Source of the DNA: Pseudomonadota bacterium
Lineage (GTDB): Bacteria; Bdellovibrionota_G; JALEGL01; DATDPG01
Assembly (NCBI GenBank): GCA_043804515.1
Contig: JAZDIZ010000060.1
Span: 1 to 37,384 of the forward strand
Direction: 5' to 3'
DNA: 37,384 nt
Position 1 is the stretch's first letter; the number at the start of each line of letters is the position of its first letter. A program made the position numbers and the translations under genes. Below the pieces are notes generated by a model, which saw only the letters and a program-made list of their open reading frames with translations, was not told the DNA's origin and made no database searches. Shown here one piece after another: positions 17,124-25,323 of the stretch.

Positions 17124-18108
17124 CCTGACTAGGGTTGACCCGACGGAAGCTCCCAAGTTGGAGAGCTTTGACGATCGGACGGTGTATCAGACGGACGAAT
17201 GGCTTCGGTTTGTGTCGAGAACGCAGAAGGCGGAGCCCGTTCTTGCCGTTGTGGTCGATGGAGAAGCTACGGTCGGTCGATTTGCGGGGCTGATCATACG
17301 GCGATTCGGGATCCGGATTCTCGGCTCTCCCTTCCCGGGGTGGACCACGTCTCATATGGGCTTCAACCTGCGGCCGTCCGTTTCGCGCACCGACGCGCTG
17401 GCGGCGTTGAGGAACTTTGCTTTCCGGAATCTTCGTTGCGCCCACCTGGAAGTCATGGATCGGCGCCTGAGCGTGGATGAGATCAAGCGCTTGGGATATG
17501 CGCACCGGGTCTTCAGCGGGCTGGAAGTGGATCTGACCAAGAGCGAGGACGAATTGTTTGCGGCCATGGACCCGGCTTGCCGCCGGAGCATCCGAAAAGG
17601 CGAAAAGAGCGAGATTCGCGTTGAAGAAGCGGATGCGGCGTCCTTTTCCGACGAATACTACACCCAACTGCTGGACGTCTTCGCGAAGCAGCGCCTCGTG
17701 CCGACCTATCCGAAAGAGAGAGTTGAGGCTTTAATTCAACATCTTCACCCGACGGGCCGGTTGCTCCTGGTGCGCGTGAGGAACAGCGAAGGAACCTGTA
17801 TCGCCACGGGGATCTTCCCCGCTTTGAACGACACGATGTATTTCTGGGGCGGCGCGAGTGACCGCGCACATCAGATTCTCCGCCCAAATGAGGCCCTGCA
17901 CTGGTTCGCCATGCGCTATTGGAAAGCCAGGGGGATTTCCAAGTACGACATGCAGGGAGAAGGGGACTTCAAAAAGAAATTCGGAGGGTATGAAATCGGT
18001 GTACCCTGGATCCGTATGTCCAAGTACCCATTGCTGGAATACCTACGAAACAAAGCCAAGCGGATGTTCAATTACAAACAACGCTTGTTCGGCCTGGCAA
18101 GAAAATAG
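17110..18108 (+). CDS. FemAB-like / double-GNAT (Acetyltransf_6) protein
   Basis: VYQTDEW, VDLTKSEDELFAAMDPACRRSIRKGEK, YFWGGAS..RPNEALHW..M, YDMQG, FKKKFGG. ATG at 17110. Confidence 0.85.
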   Translation: MKELSLTRVDPTEAPKLESFDDRTVYQTDEWLRFVSRTQKAEPVLAVVVDGEATVGRFAGLIIRRFGIRILGSPFPGWTTSHMGFNLRPSVSRTDALAALRNFAFRNLRCAHLEVMDRRLSVDEIKRLGYAHRVFSGLEVDLTKSEDELFAAMDPACRRSIRKGEKSEIRVEEADAASFSDEYYTQLLDVFAKQRLVPTYPKERVEALIQHLHPTGRLLLVRVRNSEGTCIATGIFPALNDTMYFWGGASDRAHQILRPNEALHWFAMRYWKARGISKYDMQGEGDFKKKFGGYEIGVPWIRMSKYPLLEYLRNKAKRMFNYKQRLFGLARK

Positions 18109-18234
18109 CCGATCGGCCCCATCACCCGGAACGGGACTCACATAAACACCGGGCGCGCTCTTTCTCTACCGTGGGCGGCGGCGAAGCGACAAGTTTGGCA
18201 CCATGTTCTCCTCCATCCGCCTCTGAGGTATGCT

Positions 18235-19371
18235 GTGAATGCCGTGCAGGAACGACTCATCAATAGAAGCGACGAGCTGCTCCCGTTGGAAGAGGAGTGG
18301 AACCGGCTTTGCCTTGGCCAGAAGCGGCCCAACCCCATGCTTTCGTGGGATTGGATCTACACGTGGTGGAAGATCTACGGGGCGGACGACCCGTCGATGA
18401 CGCTGGCGGTCTGGGTGTGTAGGGAGGGATCCAGACTCCGCGCCGCGGTTCCCCTCTATCGGAGGGAGACGCCGAGAGGTTTTCTCTTCCGGTTGATCGG
18501 CACCGGTGAAGACGAGGCCGAGGCGGTTTGCGCCGATCATCTGGGGCTCCTGCTCGACCCGGACGCAGAGGAGGCTCTCGTACCCGCGATTGCCGACGCG
18601 CTGGCTGCCCTGCTCCGGCACGCGGGAGACACGCTTCTTCTGTCGGACTTGGGCGCCGGAGAACCAGCTATCCAGGGTTTGATCGTCGAATTGCGAAAGG
18701 TAGGTTTGCGCACACATTTGTCGGCCGGTCCCGTGTGCCCGTATTTGAATCTTTGCTCGACCTTTGACGATCAAATGAATTCCTTCTCCGTTCACTTTCG
18801 AGCCCATGTCCGACAGAGCTTCCGCTTTTGGCAAAAACAGCCCGACCCGGCCGTGGAGTGGCACGACCAAAGCGGCACGCTGGATTCGTTCTGGGAAAAC
18901 CTGGTCTCCCTCCACCAGGCCCGGTGGACGAATTCGGGCAAGCCCGGAGTTTTTGCCAGTCCGCGGTTTTCCGCCTTTCACCGCGAAATCCTTTCGCGGT
19001 TTCATCGGCGGGGCTGGCTCCTGGCGGGGTCGCTGAAAAGCGGGGGAAAGACGCTGGCCACGAACTACGGATTTCGAATGGGGCACACCCTATCGAACTA
19101 TCAAACCGGTATGGAGATTCATGTTTCGAAGAAAATGAGACCCGGTATTCTGCTCCACATGGAAGTGATCCGGAGGGGCATCGCCGAGGGCATGAAGGAG
19201 TACGACTTCATGCGCGGGGACGACGCCTACAAACGAAGTTTCACCGGGACAACGCGCGCTCTCGTTGATCTTGAAGCGGCCCAGCCGGGTTTGAGTCGCG
19301 CTCTCGAATGGTGGAAAGAATCACTCAAGGACCGTCTTCGCCCCATGTATCATAAGTTGCTCCGCCGTTGA
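18235..19371 (+). CDS. CelD/BcsL-type GNAT (Acetyltransf_6) protein
   Basis: LEEEWNRL, PMLSWDWIYTWW, CPYL, LH..RW, F..FH, YQTG, PGILL, YDFMRGDDAYK. Start could be GTG 18235 or 18244. Confidence 0.88.
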   Translation: MNAVQERLINRSDELLPLEEEWNRLCLGQKRPNPMLSWDWIYTWWKIYGADDPSMTLAVWVCREGSRLRAAVPLYRRETPRGFLFRLIGTGEDEAEAVCADHLGLLLDPDAEEALVPAIADALAALLRHAGDTLLLSDLGAGEPAIQGLIVELRKVGLRTHLSAGPVCPYLNLCSTFDDQMNSFSVHFRAHVRQSFRFWQKQPDPAVEWHDQSGTLDSFWENLVSLHQARWTNSGKPGVFASPRFSAFHREILSRFHRRGWLLAGSLKSGGKTLATNYGFRMGHTLSNYQTGMEIHVSKKMRPGILLHMEVIRRGIAEGMKEYDFMRGDDAYKRSFTGTTRALVDLEAAQPGLSRALEWWKESLKDRLRPMYHKLLRR

Positions 19372-20450
19372 GTCCGATGGGAAACACCGAGATTTGCACG
19401 ACGCCCGAGCAATTGAAGGGCCTGGGACCGTTCTGGGACGGCCTTCAGACGTTCTTGGACGCTCCTTTTGGAAAGCACCGATGGGTCCTCTCCTGCGCCG
19501 AGGCGTTTGCGGCGGATTCCGAGCTGTACGTGCCGGTGGTCAGGAAGGATCGTGTACCGGTCGCGACGGCCCCGCTCGTCAAGCGAAGAGGTTTTCTCGG
19601 CGTGGTAAGACAGCTGGGCGTGGAGGACCACGGCGAACCCGGCGATTTCAACTATCAAGACCTCGAATCGCTGGATGGCCTGGCAATGACACTCGCCGAG
19701 AGAAAGGTGCCGTTGTTTCTGGCGCGCGTGCCCGAAGACTCGCCGGTGGGGGGAGCGCTCAGAAGGGCCTACCGCGGCCGGGGCCTCGTGATTCTAAGAC
19801 CGCAGGTGAACTGTCCGTTTATCGAGATCGGAGTCACGGAAAGTCAGACGTTGGACAATCTGCCCGCCAGATTACGAAGCGATCTGAGGCGGGGCCGGCG
19901 CAAAGCCGAAACGATCGGAGCCATCTCTCTTGAAGTGCACGCACCTTCAACCGTGAGCGACCTGACCCCCCTATGGGAAGAGTCATTGAGGATTGAAGCC
20001 ACAGGGTGGAAAGGCCGGCGTCACACGGCTCTTCAGCTGGATCATAGGGTCGGATCCTTCTACCGGGCGTACGCGGTTCGAGCCTGCGAACAAGGTGTCT
20101 TGAGAATCTTCTTTCTCCGGATCGGCGGAAAAATGACGGCCATGATGATCGGTCTTGAGGTAAGTGAACGGCTCTGGATTCTGAAGATCGGATATGATGA
20201 AAATTTCGCGGCGTGTTCCCCGGGCATGATACTGATCCACGAGATACTTCGCTACGCCGCTCAACGAAAATTAAAATCCTATGAATTTCTGGGTACCGCC
20301 ACCGCTTGGACAAGGCGGTGGACGAAGCAGGAGAGAAAGATTCTTCGAATTTATGTTTATCCGTACACAGGTAAGGGGGCGGCCATCCTGGCCCGCGACT
20401 CTGTGAAGTATCTCTGGCACAAGGCATATCGCCCACGCAAGGGCCGATGA
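19368..20450 (+). CDS. CelD/BcsL-type GNAT (Acetyltransf_6) protein
   Basis: CPFI, RLRSDLRRGRRK, IEATGWKG, LKIGYDENFAACSPGMIL, YEFLG. Start is TTG 19368 or ATG 19377. Confidence 0.88.
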   Translation: MSPMGNTEICTTPEQLKGLGPFWDGLQTFLDAPFGKHRWVLSCAEAFAADSELYVPVVRKDRVPVATAPLVKRRGFLGVVRQLGVEDHGEPGDFNYQDLESLDGLAMTLAERKVPLFLARVPEDSPVGGALRRAYRGRGLVILRPQVNCPFIEIGVTESQTLDNLPARLRSDLRRGRRKAETIGAISLEVHAPSTVSDLTPLWEESLRIEATGWKGRRHTALQLDHRVGSFYRAYAVRACEQGVLRIFFLRIGGKMTAMMIGLEVSERLWILKIGYDENFAACSPGMILIHEILRYAAQRKLKSYEFLGTATAWTRRWTKQERKILRIYVYPYTGKGAAILARDSVKYLWHKAYRPRKGR

Positions 20451-21358
20451 TGTTCCGGCTTGCAAAGAAACTGATCAGGCCTGGCGTGCACGGGCTGATC
20501 GTCAAGATCAGCCGAACCCGCGTGACCGGCGAGAATGTTGAGGACGCACGGGTGGCTGGTGACTATCTGTTGAAGCGGGGATATTCGGTGACCTTGGCGT
20601 ATTGGAATCGGGACGACGACACTCCAGCCGCGGTCATTTCGAAGTACGAAGAGGCGCTGGAGGCGATGCGTGGAATGGCAGGGCGAGCCTATCTCTCCCT
20701 AAAAAGCCCCGCGTTCGATTTTGATCCCCATTTGTACGGCGGGCTGCTTGCCCGGGCCCGGGAGCTCGACATTCCATTGCATTTTGATTCCTTGGGTCAT
20801 GAGTTTGCGGATCGGACCTTCTCGTTGATCACCGAACACACCCCACCGCCCCTGCAGGACATCGGCTGCACGCTTCCGGGAAGATGGAAGCGCAGCCCGG
20901 CGGATGCGGAGAAAGCCGCGGCTCTCGGCCTGGCGGTTCGTGTGGTGAAAGGTGAATGGCCGGATCCGGAGGACACGCTCGCGGACCCGCGGAAGGGGTT
21001 CCTGGACGTGGTTTCGCAACTGGCGGGGAAAGCGCGAAGCGTGAGGATCGCCACGCACGACTGCAACCTGGCCAGGCAGTCGATCCGAATGCTTCACCAG
21101 GCGGGCACGCCGTGTGATTTGGAGTTGCTGTACGGTTTCCCCGTCAGGAACGTCCTTCCGCATGTGAGGGACATGAACGTGCCGATCCGCTTGTACGTGC
21201 CGTACGGACATGGATGGGTTCCCTATTGTTGGAAACACGTGAGCCGCCGTCCGGGATTCCTGTGGTGGTTGCTCAAGGATTCTCTTGCCGGGCGCTACCA
21301 AGACGGGTTCTCAGAACGCGATCCGACCTCGGCGTCTCCCGTGAATACTCCGCGTTAG
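20447..21358 (+). CDS. Proline dehydrogenase-fold flavoprotein (divergent)
   Basis: LSLK, VRVVKGEW, IATHD, LELLYG and RLYVPYG..W.PY match monofunctional PRODH barrel motifs. The canonical GE, DME, QAY and C-terminal RR motifs are substituted. Confidence 0.8.
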   Translation: MMFRLAKKLIRPGVHGLIVKISRTRVTGENVEDARVAGDYLLKRGYSVTLAYWNRDDDTPAAVISKYEEALEAMRGMAGRAYLSLKSPAFDFDPHLYGGLLARARELDIPLHFDSLGHEFADRTFSLITEHTPPPLQDIGCTLPGRWKRSPADAEKAAALGLAVRVVKGEWPDPEDTLADPRKGFLDVVSQLAGKARSVRIATHDCNLARQSIRMLHQAGTPCDLELLYGFPVRNVLPHVRDMNVPIRLYVPYGHGWVPYCWKHVSRRPGFLWWLLKDSLAGRYQDGFSERDPTSASPVNTPR

Positions 21359-22824
21359 GCGGCCTTTGGCGCCCCCAGCGATTGCCTCAGAAAATCGGAC
21401 ATTTGACGGAAGCTCATCAAGCGGAAAACGAGCGTCAGGCCGAGATACAGAAGCGCCCCGGCGGGAATGACCAAAAACGGATTGAACTGACGCATCGAGA
21501 AAAGAATGAGCCCGAAAACGAGGTTGGCCGCGGCCAAGCGCGCATATCGCGCCGGCTCGGCGAACACCCGTATGTGGCGGGCAAGAATGGCGAGGGACGC
21601 GATACAGCAGAAAAAGTAGGTCGCGAGAAGCGCCCAGGCGGAACCCACGGCTCCGTATCGGGGGATCAGGAGAAAGCTCAGAAACACGTTGAGAGCGGCC
21701 CCGATGGCGGTTCGGATGAGAACGGCCTTTTGGAGATGCATGGCCCCCAGGACGAAATTAGCAGGGAGCATCAGGAATTCCAGAGGCACGGAAAGGATGA
21801 GGAGGCGGAACACGGGGGGTGTTTCGACGAATTTATGGCCGAAAATCGTTCCGATGATGACGTCCGAACAGAGAAAACCTCCAACGGCGATCGGGAGACC
21901 CAGGAGGGCGAGGTAGAAAAAAGCGCGTTGGAGGAGATGGGAGGTCTTCGAGGCTTGTGTCCGATATCCACGAGCCACCGTCGGAAATAATGACGTAGCG
22001 ATGGCGTCCGGAACGGCTTGCAGCACGCTCGTGATACTCATCGCCGCCGCGTATACGCCGACCATGGCTTGCGTGGAGAGCGTACCGAGGAGGATTGGGT
22101 TGATCCTGGAAGTGAAAATGGCGAGGATCGACGCGAGGGCGAACGGAAGGCCCTTCCGGAGCTCTCCAAGGGCTTCGGATGCATTCACTCTGGGACGGAC
22201 CGCGATATGCTGCTTCCGCAGCACGATGTACGGATAGAGGCAGCCGATTCCGCCCCCGGCGGCATAGACCCAAGCGAGCGAGAGAAGCCCTCCACCCAAA
22301 GCGATCGCGAGCAGGGCACCCAAAAACGTGAACGCACGGACAAGGACCGCCGTGACCGCTTCTACGGAAAGATTTTCAAATCCCTGGAAAACGTCCCTGA
22401 AAATGCTGGAGACGGAATTGAACAGCACCGTGCCGGACGCGATGGCCACGGTCAGGATCACCATGCGGTCCTGATGAAGAAGACGGGACAGGAGGAGGAG
22501 AACAGCGGTTGCAACCAGCCCGAGGACCAGACGCAGGGGGAACATCATTCCCAGGTACGGGACGAGGCGGTCGGGGGTCTGAGCGATGGCTCTGACGGTC
22601 ACCGGACGCAGACCCATCGAGGCAAAAACAAAGAAGAGGTTCGCGAAAGCAAAAGCATACGTGAACGTGCCGTAATCGGTTTTGCCCAACCGGCGAGCGA
22701 TGATCGCCGTAATGACGACGGATGCGACGGTAACGAGGGCGTTCTGCCCGAACAGGAAGAGGGAATTGCGGACCACCGTCTTTGCCGAAGATTCGGTGGG
22801 GCGTTTTTCGATGTCCGGCGTCAA
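21355..22824 (-). CDS. wzx: Polysaccharide flippase (Wzx/MOP family)
   Basis: VVRNSLFL, IIARRLG..DYG.F, MVGVYAAA, ATSLFP, LLIPRYGAVGSAWA, about 14 TMs. Start reassigned to TTG 22824, which overlaps the upstream stop (TTGA). Confidence 0.9.
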   Translation of the reverse strand: MTPDIEKRPTESSAKTVVRNSLFLFGQNALVTVASVVITAIIARRLGKTDYGTFTYAFAFANLFFVFASMGLRPVTVRAIAQTPDRLVPYLGMMFPLRLVLGLVATAVLLLLSRLLHQDRMVILTVAIASGTVLFNSVSSIFRDVFQGFENLSVEAVTAVLVRAFTFLGALLAIALGGGLLSLAWVYAAGGGIGCLYPYIVLRKQHIAVRPRVNASEALGELRKGLPFALASILAIFTSRINPILLGTLSTQAMVGVYAAAMSITSVLQAVPDAIATSLFPTVARGYRTQASKTSHLLQRAFFYLALLGLPIAVGGFLCSDVIIGTIFGHKFVETPPVFRLLILSVPLEFLMLPANFVLGAMHLQKAVLIRTAIGAALNVFLSFLLIPRYGAVGSAWALLATYFFCCIASLAILARHIRVFAEPARYARLAAANLVFGLILFSMRQFNPFLVIPAGALLYLGLTLVFRLMSFRQMSDFLRQSLGAPKAA

Positions 22825-24038
22825 GGGGAATGCCTCGTATCCCGGTTTCCGATGAGTCTCTCGCTGAACCATTTTGCGTGAAGACCCACATGCGTGAAAA
22901 AGGTGCGTATCAAGGGCAGCGGATCCCGAAAGTCCCAGCGGTAGAAGGTCATCCGGAGGTACAGCAGCGAGCCGATCCAGCTGAAGAAACTCCATTCCCC
23001 CGTTTTCCGGTATTGGCGGTAAGAAAGGAAGTCGAAGTACGCGTGCAGGGCGCGGGTTTCCGTCGGCTTCTGAACCAGTCTCGGAAGGGGGAGTCCGGTG
23101 CAATCGTTGTACATCGCGTGAGGAAGGTTCACGCCGCAGCGGCTTGCAAGGTGGCACCATAGGCTGAAACGGGGATTGATCTCCAGAACGGCCACTTTTC
23201 CGGTAGTGGGATCCCGTTTCACGTCGATATTCGCGGGGCCGAGGTAGCCGATTTTCTCGAGTGCCTCCACAGCGACCTTCTCGATGGCCGGATCGCGCCA
23301 GGAGCGGATGTAGCAGCCCTGCCCGAAAAAGGCCGGAAAAGTCCGGATTTTTCGGTCGAGAAAAAATCCGGCGACGTGCCCTGGGCGATCGCAATACGCC
23401 TGCAGTTCAAAGATCGTATCGTCGCCTCCCGGGATGTATTCCTGGATGAGGAAACGTCGATCGATCTTCGAAATCTCGGTCCACGCGCGCACCAGGTCGG
23501 CGTGGTCCCGCGCGAGATAGGCTTTTTTCCACCGGCCGACAATCGTGTACATGTCGTCCCTGCGCCACAGCTCCTGTGCATGGGGTTTCAGGAGGCAGGG
23601 GAAAGACAGTTCCTCCGAAAGGCGCATCAGCTCTTCCACGTCGGCCGGGGCGAAACTTCGGGGAGTCGGAATCCCATTCCGTTCGGCGAGATCCGCAAAC
23701 TTCCGTTTGTCGGTGAGCGTTTCCATCAACTCCGCCGGGGCCGTCTTGATTCTCATGTGGCGGGAAAAATCCTCCCGGTTCCGCGAGACGATCAGGGCGT
23801 CGGGATCCCGTCCCGTCATGACGACGGGACGGTCGGGAAATTCCCGTGCGGCTTCGGAGATGGCTCTCGCCGCATCCGCGGGAAAATCGCGCGGACTCGG
23901 CATCACGGCCCGAGCCACGCAACGGCGCGACCAAAACATCGGGTTCTCTTCGTGCTCGCTTACGACGATCGACGGAATCCCGACGTCACCCAGGCTTCGC
24001 ACGATGCCCACCGCGTCGGGGACTAGGACGGGGAGCAT
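22821..24038 (-). CDS. ATP-grasp carboxylate-amine ligase (D-aspartate-ligase-like), copy 1
   Basis: VRSLG, SR, DKRKF, PTPRS, FPCLLKP, LIQEYIPG, KIR..P, DVKRDP, LEINPRF, GVNLP. Confidence 0.88.
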   Translation of the reverse strand: MLPVLVPDAVGIVRSLGDVGIPSIVVSEHEENPMFWSRRCVARAVMPSPRDFPADAARAISEAAREFPDRPVVMTGRDPDALIVSRNREDFSRHMRIKTAPAELMETLTDKRKFADLAERNGIPTPRSFAPADVEELMRLSEELSFPCLLKPHAQELWRRDDMYTIVGRWKKAYLARDHADLVRAWTEISKIDRRFLIQEYIPGGDDTIFELQAYCDRPGHVAGFFLDRKIRTFPAFFGQGCYIRSWRDPAIEKVAVEALEKIGYLGPANIDVKRDPTTGKVAVLEINPRFSLWCHLASRCGVNLPHAMYNDCTGLPLPRLVQKPTETRALHAYFDFLSYRQYRKTGEWSFFSWIGSLLYLRMTFYRWDFRDPLPLIRTFFTHVGLHAKWFSERLIGNRDTRHSP

Positions 24039-25250
24039 CTAGGGTGCCTCGTTCCGCTTCCGGCGGAACCTCTGCGCGAACCATTTCACGTGAAGGCCGG
24101 TCTGCGTGATGAACGTGCGGATCAAGGGCAACGGGTCTTTCCAGTCCCAACGATAAAAGATGATCCGCGAAAAAAACATCGATCCGATCCAGCTGAGAAA
24201 ATTCCACTCGTGGGTCTTCCGGTACTGTCGGAAAGCGAGAAAGTCGTAATAAGCGTAGAGCCAGCGTCGTTCCGTCTGGCTCTGAATGAGCCTGGGCAGG
24301 GGGAGCCCCATACAATCGTTGTACAAGGCGTGCGGAAGATTCACACCGCAGCGGGTGGCGAGGTGACACCAGAGGCTGAACCGAGGGTTGATTTCGAGGA
24401 GAGCGACGCGGCCGGTTCGTTCGTCCCTTTTCAGGTTCAGATTGGCGGGGCCTACGTAATTGATGCGCTCGAGGGCTTCCAGGCCGACGCGAGCGACGCC
24501 TGGGTCCTGCCAGGACCGGGTATATGCACCCAGGCCGAAGTGGATCGGCTGGGTTCTGATTTTCCGTCCGAGGAAATATCCAGCCAGGTGGCCCGGAGCA
24601 TCGAAGTACGCGTGCAGATCAAAAAGGCACCGGTCTGCGCCCGGGATGTATTCCTGCACTATGAGACCGGTGTCCACACTCCACAGTTTGCCGAAGACGC
24701 GGAGCAGATCCTCGCGGTCGCCGGCCAGGTAGGCCTTCCGCCAGCGCCCCACGACTGCATAGACTTCGTCACGGCGCCAGAGCAGCTGCATGAGCGGCTT
24801 AATGAGGCAAGGGAAGGAGAGGGTCTCCGAAAGCTTTGCGAGCTCATCCACATTCCCCGGTTTGAAACTTCTCGGTACGGGCAGTCCGTGGCGTTCGGCA
24901 AGATCCGCGAATTTCCATTTGTCCGCGAGCGCTTCGATGAGATCGGCGGGGGCCATCTTGATTCTCATATACGGGGAAAAAAGTTCCCGTTTGCGGGAGA
25001 TCAGGACGGTTTCCGGCTCCCGGCCGGTGAGCACCACGGGCCGGTCCGGAAACCTCTGCGCCGCCCTCATGAGAACCTCGGCCGCTTCCTCCGGTTGTTG
25101 CTGGGCATTGGGCATGAAGGCACCACCCACGCAATGGCGGGACCAGAACGTCGGGCACTTCGCTTCCACGCTTACGACCATCGACGGAATTCCGACGTCG
25201 GCCAGACTTCGGACGACGCCCACGCCATCGACTACAACGGCAGGAACCAC
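24039..25250 (-). CDS. ATP-grasp carboxylate-amine ligase (D-aspartate-ligase-like), copy 2
   Basis: Colinear tandem paralog of 22821-24038 (FPCLIKP, IVQEYIPG, LLEINPRFSLWCHLA..CGVNLP). Start reassigned to GTG 25250 by alignment with the paralog N-terminus. Confidence 0.88.
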   Translation of the reverse strand: MVPAVVVDGVGVVRSLADVGIPSMVVSVEAKCPTFWSRHCVGGAFMPNAQQQPEEAAEVLMRAAQRFPDRPVVLTGREPETVLISRKRELFSPYMRIKMAPADLIEALADKWKFADLAERHGLPVPRSFKPGNVDELAKLSETLSFPCLIKPLMQLLWRRDEVYAVVGRWRKAYLAGDREDLLRVFGKLWSVDTGLIVQEYIPGADRCLFDLHAYFDAPGHLAGYFLGRKIRTQPIHFGLGAYTRSWQDPGVARVGLEALERINYVGPANLNLKRDERTGRVALLEINPRFSLWCHLATRCGVNLPHALYNDCMGLPLPRLIQSQTERRWLYAYYDFLAFRQYRKTHEWNFLSWIGSMFFSRIIFYRWDWKDPLPLIRTFITQTGLHVKWFAQRFRRKRNEAP

Positions 25251-25323
25251 GCCCTGCAGTATATAGAAATAGGGACAGGGAGCGTAGTTGATCTCGCCCT
25301 TCCCTGGAAGGTAGTCTGTCCGG
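25251..25323. promoter_or_regulatory. Candidate divergent sigma70-type promoters, possibly producing leaderless mRNAs
   Basis: Plus strand: TTGATC (25288-25293)-N18-TAGTCT (25312-25317)-6 nt-GTG. Minus strand: TATACT (25263-25258)-7 nt-GTG 25250. Confidence 0.4.

Noticed and set aside
18195..18210. Sigma54 promoter at TGGCAC upstream of the 18235 GNAT
   Set aside because: There is no GC/TTGC at the -12 position.
22825..23394. 190-aa N-terminal extension of the flippase in the ORF track (similar extensions at 1130, 3403, 8081, 25412, 26291, 29158, 30949)
   Set aside because: These extensions overlap neighbouring genes or regulatory DNA. Downstream starts with an RBS or stop-start coupling match the family N-termini.
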